Shown: positions 56,240 to 64,000 of the stretch, one piece after another
Position numbering within the stretch: position 1 is the first letter of the stretch
How the letters are laid out: every line of letters begins with the position of its first letter
DNA from: Alkalispirochaeta sp.
Lineage (GTDB): Bacteria; Spirochaetota; Spirochaetia; DSM-27196; Alkalispirochaetaceae
Direction: 5' to 3'
NCBI GenBank assembly: GCA_965601925.1
Contig: OZ271854.1
Span: 1,120,001 to 1,184,000, forward strand
DNA length: 64,000 nt
Position numbers and translations under genes: made by a program
The notes under the pieces: generated by a model
The model's database searches: none
The model's input: the letters and a program-made list of their open reading frames with translations, nothing else
What the model was told of the DNA's origin: nothing

Positions 56240-57805
56240 CTAACGCGAGAGGTACGATAGCTCCTTCGGGAGCACGATATTGTTTCCCATGCGGTCTTCG
56301 CCGTACCCGTTCTCCGCTAAGATGCGCAGGTCGTTCAAGGCGCGACTGTCGCCGTCAAACGTGACGGTTATGTCACTTTTGATATCCATCTTGGCGACGG
56401 ACATCAAGTGGACTACGTAGCGCGAGGCGAATTCGGCCAGAGTCGCCTGCTCGTCGCATTGCAGATCATCAAACGAAAGATCGGACTCGTAGAGCACGAT
56501 GTTACCCTCATTCATGAGGCGAATGAACAATAGCTGGAGCTCCCGCGTCCGCGCCCGATCGTCGTCGGGAACGGTTACCTGCAGCTCCGTCTCCTTGCTG
56601 AGCATGTCGGCGACGCGCCGGCGCTTGACCGCATTGATCGCCTCATTAGCCCGAAAGAGCTCCAAAGGTGAGCCGGCGTCGTACTCCTCCTCCTGAAGGC
56701 GCATCGTCACCGGACTACCGTAATGCGCGACAATTTTGGCGATGAGCGTCGAGGGGCGTACGTGAAAGCCGCGATAGTTCGGGATGGGGACGACGACCTG
56801 CGCCCGTTCGGAGTAGGAGCGGATCATCGCCTGGCACAACTGTACGGCTGATTCGAGATAGAGCCCTGCGAACCGCAGAGGGAAATCAAACAGCAGCGTC
56901 ACGATCTCGTCGGGCTCGACGGGAAAGCGCATCCTGAGCGCACTGTCACGCCGGAGCGAGCTCATGTGACGAATGTAATAGTGAGCCAGATTCGTAGCCA
57001 CCGACATGAGGTGGTAGATAAGGGTAACGTGTCCTCGCAAAACCGGCAAATCGCCGTTTTGCTGCTCGATATCGGATTCGAAGATGTAGGTGTCGTACAT
57101 CGACTGCAGGTTGTGAAACCTGGCCTCGACCAACCGCAACCGTTCTTCGCTGATCGGATCCGGAATCGACTCTGCGTACGTTTCCTGATCGCGCTCCGAC
57201 AACACGTCACGGACGTCGCCGTCCTCGGACAGATTGAGAAACTGGGTGGCGAGGTGGACCACCGTTTCACCCACGTTTTCGATATGGCGAACCGTGCGAT
57301 TTGCGGGCAAGACGTACGCGATCGATTCGGATCGACGGGGCGAGAACGTCGATTCGCCGTCGGCGCGTCCCAGACCGCAGCGATCGAGTTGCTCCAGCAC
57401 TACGCGACATGCGGTCTCGATCGCGTTGCGCATCGCAGTGACGACGGAATCGGTCGTGCGTTCCAGATCTCCATCGTTTCCCAAGAGCTGATAACGAGAC
57501 ACGCCGGTTTTGATATGGAGGATCTCGTTCGTAACGGTGGAGAAGAGCTTGACCGCCGCAACCGACTCACGGAAGGGAAACCACTTCTCGTTCGTTTGGG
57601 CTCCGTGGCTGTCGGCCAACTCCTCGATACGCGCCGCCTCGCCGTAGAGGGCGCTGAGTAGATCCCTCAATGGAAACTCCGGATCGGAGGAGGAGGCCTC
57701 GGCAATACGGCACAACTCGGCTATTCGGTCCGTATACGGTGCGAGAAAGCGGGCGAACACTTCGTCGTCGTGGTCCTTGCTCTTGTTGCGACCAAATAGT
57801 GACAT
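56240..57805 (-). CDS. Large HPr-domain phosphocarrier-like protein
   Basis: GFHVRPSTLIAKIV (HPr His15 motif), DAGSPLEL (Ser46-like) after about 330 aa helical N-terminus. Confidence 0.8.
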   Translation of the reverse strand: MSLFGRNKSKDHDDEVFARFLAPYTDRIAELCRIAEASSSDPEFPLRDLLSALYGEAARIEELADSHGAQTNEKWFPFRESVAAVKLFSTVTNEILHIKTGVSRYQLLGNDGDLERTTDSVVTAMRNAIETACRVVLEQLDRCGLGRADGESTFSPRRSESIAYVLPANRTVRHIENVGETVVHLATQFLNLSEDGDVRDVLSERDQETYAESIPDPISEERLRLVEARFHNLQSMYDTYIFESDIEQQNGDLPVLRGHVTLIYHLMSVATNLAHYYIRHMSSLRRDSALRMRFPVEPDEIVTLLFDFPLRFAGLYLESAVQLCQAMIRSYSERAQVVVPIPNYRGFHVRPSTLIAKIVAHYGSPVTMRLQEEEYDAGSPLELFRANEAINAVKRRRVADMLSKETELQVTVPDDDRARTRELQLLFIRLMNEGNIVLYESDLSFDDLQCDEQATLAEFASRYVVHLMSVAKMDIKSDITVTFDGDSRALNDLRILAENGYGEDRMGNNIVLPKELSYLSR

Positions 57806-58027
57806 CGTAGGACAAAGAATAGTACCGCTACCGACAATGTGGAAAGTGCCTTCGAGGAACCGGGTGGTTCGGATTTGGCGCAACGCCCGCGGCCGCGTTC
57901 TCAGCCCGCCCGGTACGAACGACCGGAACGTCGTCCGCGTCGCGTAGCGGAGGAGGCGTGGCGACCCGCGACGTTCCTCAGAGATACTCGCGGGCACACC
58001 GCCACCGTCTCCGACGTGACCGTCGCA

Positions 58028-58924
58028 TCAGCTCCGGTGTGTCACGGTATGCCCTCCTAAGCGCACTTCAACGTTCTCGGTTCCTTGTGGTTGGAACATT
58101 CTCATGATTGGGCCCGGCCCGTTCTGAGCGAGCCGCTTAAAAAAGCGAAAGTAGGCTCGTTCACCCATGAGCCGTTTCATCGACGGAATGTTCTCGGCGT
58201 CGGGGCCGGCATAGTAGCGCACTTTGTGCCGTTTTCGATCGGTAGCGGCTTCATAGATCTCCTTTGCGCCGACCGAGGGATGCGAACCCTTGCTCGATTG
58301 CTGAGCGGCGGTGAAGGTATCAAACATGTGTCGATACTCTTCGGGGAGCGTAGAAGCCATGTCAATCTTCGTGAATATCCTTGTAGCGTGCGTCCCGGGG
58401 AGAATTGCTTTGGCGGTCGCTCCGATCGACTCCAACTCGATGTGCAGCGCCTCGGTGAGTATGAGGACCGCCGCCTTGCTGGAGGCGTAAGCGCCCACAA
58501 AGGGATACCCGTTCTCCGCGCTGATCGACGCGACGTTGATGAACATGCCGCCGTGCCGCGACCTAAAGTGCGGCACGAACGCTTTTGTGACCTCGATCAG
58601 GCCGAAGACATTCGTGTCGTACTGCCGGCGTATTTGGTCCATGGAGCTCGTCTCCAGCGGTCCCATTTGAAAGTACCCGGCGTTATTGACGACAACGTCG
58701 ATAGATTCGAATCGTTGGATCGCCGTTTCGACACAGTTACGAATAGAGTCGGAATGCGTGACATCCATTTCCAAGACTGTGATATTGGGAGCGCCGTCAA
58801 ACGTGCGGTGTTTGGCCGGATTACGCATCGTCGCAATAACCTGCCATCCTTTTTGTGCAAAAAGCCGAGCGCTTGCCGCCCCGATCCCCGAGCCGGCCCC
58901 GGTAATGAAGACTGTCTGTACCAT
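58028..58924 (-). CDS. SDR family oxidoreductase
   Basis: TGAGSGIG, NNAG, YASSK; AGGAGG RBS. Confidence 0.94.
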   Translation of the reverse strand: MVQTVFITGAGSGIGAASARLFAQKGWQVIATMRNPAKHRTFDGAPNITVLEMDVTHSDSIRNCVETAIQRFESIDVVVNNAGYFQMGPLETSSMDQIRRQYDTNVFGLIEVTKAFVPHFRSRHGGMFINVASISAENGYPFVGAYASSKAAVLILTEALHIELESIGATAKAILPGTHATRIFTKIDMASTLPEEYRHMFDTFTAAQQSSKGSHPSVGAKEIYEAATDRKRHKVRYYAGPDAENIPSMKRLMGERAYFRFFKRLAQNGPGPIMRMFQPQGTENVEVRLGGHTVTHRS

Positions 58925-58952
58925 TGTAGCACCTCCTATGATTGTTGACGTG

Positions 58953-58984
58953 AAGGTAAACCCTGGACTAAAGTCCAGGGTCAA
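58953..58984 (-). promoter_or_regulatory. MerR-type promoter/operator for the SDR gene
   Basis: ACCCTGGACT-AA-AGTCCAGGGT dyad at 58960-81; TTGACC-20bp-TACCTT long spacer. Confidence 0.88.
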
Positions 58985-58994
58985 GGAGAACACT

Positions 58995-59366
58995 ATGAAA
59001 ATCGGGGAATTGTCGTACGCGACCGGATTGTCGGTGGATACCATTCGGTTCTACGAGAGACGAGGGCTCATCGACGAGACTGTCATTCGACGAGAACGCA
59101 ACAACTATCGTAATTACACCGACGATGCCTCGACACGACTCCTCATGATCAAAGCAGCCAAGAATCTGGGATTCTCGCTCAAGGAAATATCCGCGTTGGG
59201 AGAGCTCTGGTCCTCCGGTACTCTGGACACCGCCGGCAAGATATCGATATTGGAATCGAAACTACGGGAACTGGAGCGGAAGAAGAACGATATCGCCCGA
59301 CTGGAACGGATGATCACTCAAAAAATCACCCGAATGTCGGCGAAAGCGAACGCCGCTACTGCGTAG
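58995..59366 (+). CDS. MerR family transcriptional regulator
   Basis: MKIGELS--TGLSVDTIRFYE--GLI, NYRNY, LGFSLKEI. Confidence 0.94.
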   Translation: MKIGELSYATGLSVDTIRFYERRGLIDETVIRRERNNYRNYTDDASTRLLMIKAAKNLGFSLKEISALGELWSSGTLDTAGKISILESKLRELERKKNDIARLERMITQKITRMSAKANAATA

Positions 59367-59383
59367 TTTGCCTCCCGACCTAA

Positions 59384-61096
59384 CTACTCGGAGACGGTAA
59401 TGGACCGCTCGAGGGTCGGCGTCAATCGCAGCAACTCGCGCGAGTATTCCGCCTTTGGACCCGCAAAAAACGTATCGTTCGCCGCCGTCTCGACCAATCG
59501 GCCCCCCTTCATGACGACGATCGAGTCGGCCATTTGCCGCACCACCGCCAGATCGTGGCTGATAAAGATGAGGGAGAGCGAGAACGCGCGTTGAAGATCG
59601 CGCAGAAGATTCAAGACTTGGGCTTGGATCGATACGTCCAACGAAGATGTCGGTTCGTCGCACAAGAGCACCGTGGGACAACTCAGCAGAGCGCGCGCGA
59701 CGGCGATGCGTTGACGCTCGCCGCCGGAAAATTGGTGCGGATAGCGGTCGATCGCCCGCTCCGGCAGTCCGACCAGGTCGAGAAATGAGCGTATGATGAC
59801 CCGGCGGTCACGGACGAGATCGAAGATCACCAGCGGATCGCTCAGGATGGAACCGATCGTTCGCCGGTTGTTGAGCGAGGAGTACGGATCCTGGAACACC
59901 ATCTGAATCCGTCGTCGTGAGGGATGTCGCCGCCCACGGTTTCGCATCGTGGGCAACTCGTCGCCGAAGAGCCGCATCGATCCCTCGCGCGGTTCCACCA
60001 AGCCGGCGATTACCTTCGCGATCGTCGACTTGCCAGACCCGCTCTCCCCTACGAGTCCGAGCACGCGCCCGCTTCGCACCGACAGCGAGACCGAGTCGAC
60101 GGCGACGAGCGGCCGATTGCGCCGGATGAGGCCTCGGCGCTCGCCGGGAAACGCCACGGTAATGTCGCTCAACTCCAAGGCGACCTCGGATGCGGCACCG
60201 GTGGCCGACGGCCTCGTGAGCAGCCACTCGGAGGCGCGTTCGGCGCCGACGCGCGTACCGGAGGAACCGGCGCGGCCGGAAGCGCGCACCTCCGGCACGG
60301 CAAAGCGCTCGAGCCGTCGATCGAGGGGCGGCACGGAGGCGACCAACGCCCGCGTGTACTCGTGGTTCGGCGAGCCGAGCACCGCTCTCGTTGCACCCTG
60401 CTCCACCACGCGGCCGGAGCGCAGGACGGTAACCGCGTCGCTCACCTCCGCAATCACGCCGATGTCGTGGGTGATAAGAATCGTCGCGATATTACGACGC
60501 GTCACCGTCTCGCGTAAGACTGTGAGCACCTGACTTTGAACCGCCACGTCGAGCGCCGTCGTCGGCTCGTCGGCGATCACCACATCGGGTTCGGTTGCCA
60601 GGGCGAGCGCGATCACCACGCGTTGGCGCATACCGCCGGAGAACTGGTGCGGATAGGCGCGCATTCGGTCCTCGGCGTTTGGAATGCCGGTTTCTCGAAG
60701 AAGTGCGGCGGCTTTATCGCGCGCCTCGGACCGCGACATCGTATCGTGGGTGAGAATCGTCTCGACGAGTTGATCCTCAATCGTCATGAGCGGATTCAGA
60801 CTCGTCTGCGGATCCTGGAAGATCATGGAGATTCGCCGTCCACGCAGAGCGTGCCATTGGCGGGCGTTGCGCGACTCGATCCTCTCGTCGCCGAGGCGAA
60901 TAGTTCCCGCGGCGCGATAACCGGGTTCGGGAATCATGCCCAGGACTGCCGCGCCGATCGTCGACTTACCCGCTCCCGACTCACCGACGAGGCCGTGTAT
61001 CGTTCCACCTCCTACCGATATCGACACGTCCTTAACGGCCACGACGCGCTCCGCGCGTCCCGGAAACTCAACGGTGAGGTTCTCGATGGAAAGCAT
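59384..61096 (-). CDS. Peptide/nickel ABC transporter ATP-binding protein (fused DppD/F)
   Basis: Two NBDs: GESGAGKST and [17 protein letters not shown] twice. Confidence 0.94.
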   Translation of the reverse strand: MLSIENLTVEFPGRAERVVAVKDVSISVGGGTIHGLVGESGAGKSTIGAAVLGMIPEPGYRAAGTIRLGDERIESRNARQWHALRGRRISMIFQDPQTSLNPLMTIEDQLVETILTHDTMSRSEARDKAAALLRETGIPNAEDRMRAYPHQFSGGMRQRVVIALALATEPDVVIADEPTTALDVAVQSQVLTVLRETVTRRNIATILITHDIGVIAEVSDAVTVLRSGRVVEQGATRAVLGSPNHEYTRALVASVPPLDRRLERFAVPEVRASGRAGSSGTRVGAERASEWLLTRPSATGAASEVALELSDITVAFPGERRGLIRRNRPLVAVDSVSLSVRSGRVLGLVGESGSGKSTIAKVIAGLVEPREGSMRLFGDELPTMRNRGRRHPSRRRIQMVFQDPYSSLNNRRTIGSILSDPLVIFDLVRDRRVIIRSFLDLVGLPERAIDRYPHQFSGGERQRIAVARALLSCPTVLLCDEPTSSLDVSIQAQVLNLLRDLQRAFSLSLIFISHDLAVVRQMADSIVVMKGGRLVETAANDTFFAGPKAEYSRELLRLTPTLERSITVSE

Positions 61097-62022
61097 TAGC
61101 GAAGCCTCGGATTGAAGACGTCGCGTAGAAAATCGCCGAGTAGGTTGACCGAAATCACCATCGCCACCAAAAAAAGTGTGGGCAGCCACAAGATCCACCA
61201 CTCTCCGGAAAAGAGATAATCCATGCCGATGCGAATGAGCGTCCCGAGCGAGGGCGCGTTGGCCGGCAGCCCTACCCCGAGGAACGAGAGCGTCGCCTCC
61301 AGAAGGATTGCACGGCCGAGATCGACGGTCATGATAACAAGCAGGGGCGCCAGCACGTTGGGGAGAATCTGCACCGTGAGAATACGCGCCGGATGCTCAC
61401 CCATGATCTCGCCGGCCTGGACGTACTCCTTGTTTCGCTCAACGAAGACCGCGGCGCGAGTCGTACGCGCAAAGTTCACCCATAGAGAGAGGGCGATTGC
61501 TCCGATGATGACGACTACACGAAATTCGCTCTGCTGCGCGCCGGCGAACACACTGCGGGCGATTCCGTCGATGAGGAGTGCCGTGAGGATCGCCGGCAAC
61601 GAGAGCTGAATGTCGGCGATACGCATGAACACCGTATCGAACCACCCACCGTAGTATCCGGCAATGAGCCCGATGGTAACGCCCACAACCGTCGCGATCA
61701 CCATCGCCGAGACGGCAATGCGTAGTGACAACCGCGCACCGTAGAGGATCGAGGCGAGCATGTCGCGACCCTGGTCGTCGGTGCCGAGCACAAAACGGTC
61801 GTCACCGCCATCTTGCCAGACCGGGGGCAAAAAACCGTCGATCAAGCTATAGGTCGCAGGATCGTAGGGATCGGTATCGACCACCCACGGTGCCAGGATC
61901 GCTCCGCCGACGGTGATAACGACGAGCACCGCGGCGACGATCGCAAGCGGGCTGTGTACAAATACATACGCGGCCTCATGGTCGCGGACCCACGTACCGA
62001 CTCGACCGACGATACTCCTCAC
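61096..62022 (-). CDS. Peptide ABC transporter permease (DppC-like)
   Basis: LGTDDQGRD, EYVQA, ILPNV, EATLSFLG. Confidence 0.93.
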   Translation of the reverse strand: MRSIVGRVGTWVRDHEAAYVFVHSPLAIVAAVLVVITVGGAILAPWVVDTDPYDPATYSLIDGFLPPVWQDGGDDRFVLGTDDQGRDMLASILYGARLSLRIAVSAMVIATVVGVTIGLIAGYYGGWFDTVFMRIADIQLSLPAILTALLIDGIARSVFAGAQQSEFRVVVIIGAIALSLWVNFARTTRAAVFVERNKEYVQAGEIMGEHPARILTVQILPNVLAPLLVIMTVDLGRAILLEATLSFLGVGLPANAPSLGTLIRIGMDYLFSGEWWILWLPTLFLVAMVISVNLLGDFLRDVFNPRLR

Positions 62023-62993
62023 GCGCGACCTCGCACGCGAATCCGCGGATCGATCACCGCGTAGAGCAGATCGACGGTGAGGTTGATAAGCACGAACAGA
62101 AGCCCGATGAAGACGAGATACACACCCATGACCGGAATGTCGACGAACCGGATCGAGCGGAGAAACAAGAGCCCCAGCCCGGGCCATTGGAAAACGCTTT
62201 CGGTGACGATTGAGAAGGCGATTACCCCACCGAACTGGAGGCCCACGATCGTGATAACGGGAATCAGTGTGTTGGGAAGGGCGTGCCGGAGGTGCACCCT
62301 CCTGAAGGGGAGACCGCGCGCAATCGCGAACCGAATGTGGTCGGTTCGCATAACCTCCATCATCTGCGCGCGCACCAGGCGCATCGTCAACGTCATCTGA
62401 TAGATGCCGAGGCTTATCGCCGGCAAGACGATCGAACGGAGCCCGGCCGGCGCGAGTAAGTTGCTGGTCCACCACGCGATCTCGACGGTCTCCCCACGCC
62501 CGAAGGTCGGCAACCAGCCCAACTGCACGCCGAATACGAAGATCAGGAGGATACCGGTTACGAAGGTCGGCACCGATACACCGACCAACGTCGCGAGGAG
62601 TAGACCCTGACTCGCGACGCTACCGGGGTACAACGCGGTGTAGACGCCCGCCGGGATGCCGATTGCGAGGGAAACAACTAACGCAACGAGCCCCAGCTCA
62701 AAGGTCGCCGGGAGCCCCGCGAGGATCATCTCACCGACCGGCTCTCGCGTCCGGAACGAGAATCCGAACTCCCCGCGCAGTAGGTTGCCGGTAAATCGGA
62801 GAAACTGCACGAAAAAAGGATCGGTCAACCCCAACTCCTCGCGCAGCGCCTCGCGCTCTTCGGGAGAAGTCTCCACACCGGTCATTTGCATCACCGGATC
62901 GCCGGCGAAGCGGAACAGCGCAAAGGCGAGAAAGGCGACCGCCGCCATGACGAAAACCGACTGACCGAGCCGCCTCAGGATATAGATGAGCAC
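62019..62993 (-). CDS. Peptide ABC transporter permease (DppB-like)
   Basis: YILRRL, GDPV, LPAT-EL, ARGL, HALPN, DLLYAVIDPRI. Confidence 0.94.
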   Translation of the reverse strand: MLIYILRRLGQSVFVMAAVAFLAFALFRFAGDPVMQMTGVETSPEEREALREELGLTDPFFVQFLRFTGNLLRGEFGFSFRTREPVGEMILAGLPATFELGLVALVVSLAIGIPAGVYTALYPGSVASQGLLLATLVGVSVPTFVTGILLIFVFGVQLGWLPTFGRGETVEIAWWTSNLLAPAGLRSIVLPAISLGIYQMTLTMRLVRAQMMEVMRTDHIRFAIARGLPFRRVHLRHALPNTLIPVITIVGLQFGGVIAFSIVTESVFQWPGLGLLFLRSIRFVDIPVMGVYLVFIGLLFVLINLTVDLLYAVIDPRIRVRGRA

Positions 62994-63022
62994 TGCCCCT
63001 ATCGCCCCGCGTGATGCGCCGG

Positions 63023-64000
63023 TTAGTTGACCGTAACCCAGCGCGCCATGAAGAAGTTATCGGGTCTCTGCACGAGATCGATATTGTCCCTCGTAGCCCA
63101 GATCAACGGCTGCGTGTACAGCGGGACGTATACCACATCGTCCCGGATGATCCCCGCCACCTCGTCGAGCATCGCCTGCCGTGCGTCCGCGTCCAACTCG
63201 CTTTGGATGCGCGGTAGCAGCTCGTCTACACGCTCGTTCGAATACCCGCCGTAGTTCCACGACCCCAGGCGCGCCTCCGCGTTGGGAGTGGCTACCAGGA
63301 ACCGAATGGGATGCTCGGCGTCGAAGGTGCCGGGCGACCAACCCAGAAGATACATATCGTAGTTGTCCGCACGCAGCTCGTTCCAGTAGTTCCGAACCGG
63401 CATCGTGGTGAGTTGCGCATCGAGACCGACCTCGGCGAGCATCGAAGTAACCGCACGGCACACCTGCTCGTCGTTCAGGTAGCGGTCGTTCGTGCACATG
63501 AAGCCGAACGAGAACCCGTCGGGATATCCGGCGCGGCGCAGGAGGCGGCGCGAGGCATCCGGATCGTACGGTAAGCGACCGCTGTGCTCGTCCGAATAGC
63601 CGCTGAGACCCGCCGGCAACAGCTGATCCGCGGGCTCGGACATGTTACGCATGATCACCCGATTGATCGTATCGACATCGATCGCCTGATATACGGCCTG
63701 CCTGACCAGCCGGTTCTGAAACGGATTCTCACCGCTCACGTCGTCGGAGTAGTCGAGCCGATCTTTCTCGTGACCGAATCCGAGCATAATCACCCGCGTT
63801 TCGAGCCCGCTCAGCACCTGAAAGCCGCGTTGCGCCTCCACACGCCGCACATCTTGTAGCGGAACGGGCGAAATCATGTCGATCTCTCCGGACAGAAGTG
63901 CCGACAGTGCCGTCGACTGATTCTCGATGGGGGTGTAGATCGCCTCCGTCACGTTGTGTACGGGCGTGTCCCACCAATCCCGATTCGGCGCAAGACGCGT
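63023..64000 (-). CDS. Peptide ABC transporter substrate-binding protein (family 5), 5'-truncated by window
   Basis: ALLSGEID, NPF---VRQA-YQAID, YDPDA-R-LL--AGYPDG, VPLY. Confidence 0.93.
   Translation of the reverse strand, partial: TRLAPNRDWWDTPVHNVTEAIYTPIENQSTALSALLSGEIDMISPVPLQDVRRVEAQRGFQVLSGLETRVIMLGFGHEKDRLDYSDDVSGENPFQNRLVRQAVYQAIDVDTINRVIMRNMSEPADQLLPAGLSGYSDEHSGRLPYDPDASRRLLRRAGYPDGFSFGFMCTNDRYLNDEQVCRAVTSMLAEVGLDAQLTTMPVRNYWNELRADNYDMYLLGWSPGTFDAEHPIRFLVATPNAEARLGSWNYGGYSNERVDELLPRIQSELDADARQAMLDEVAGIIRDDVVYVPLYTQPLIWATRDNIDLVQRPDNFFMARWVTVN

Noticed and set aside
1..64000. rRNA, tRNA, CRISPR arrays, integrases, transposases, integron attC arrays
   Set aside because: None recognised by eye; genes in the small-ORF array abut each other without room for attC sites

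Overview
GC-rich bacterial window with about 65 CDS and no rRNA, tRNA, CRISPR array, integrase or transposase that I can see. The large HPr-domain protein, the CPA2-EIIA fusion and the Lol-like/OM-barrel operon suggest a diderm, plausibly a free-living spirochaete (inference). Layout: (i) 0-10 kb: sugar ABC permease end, NIPSNAP, cyclase/KynB, GldA/F/G-like + DUF4340 ABC cluster, long ADP-ribosylglycohydrolase, SpoIIE phosphatase. (ii) 10.2-21.7 kb, the best candidate for an undescribed system: a beta-lactamase-fold serine hydrolase fused to a MipA/OmpV-like barrel, a GGDEF cyclase, a DUF2975-YozG module, a LolD/LolE-like ABC system, two LolA-like proteins, an OM barrel and an HGSNAT/DUF1624 protein. 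Two promoters in this block share the same architecture and an operator-like motif over the -35. (iii) 21.8-46 kb, a detoxification/genotoxin-resistance-like region: ClbS-like, YcaQ, duplicated MFS, MATE, ECF42 module, WYL regulator with two near-identical operators, epoxide hydrolase, a 13-ORF ArsR/SRPBCC operon with a frameshifted hydrolase and a gene remnant, arsR-arsM, AraC-GyrI. (iv) 46-64 kb: CPA2-EIIA fusion, transglutaminase lipoprotein, HD protein, CDF, GT-B-like protein, large split-HPr protein, MerR/SDR pair and a Dpp/Opp-type ABC operon. All family calls come from motif recognition by eye; no database searches were run.
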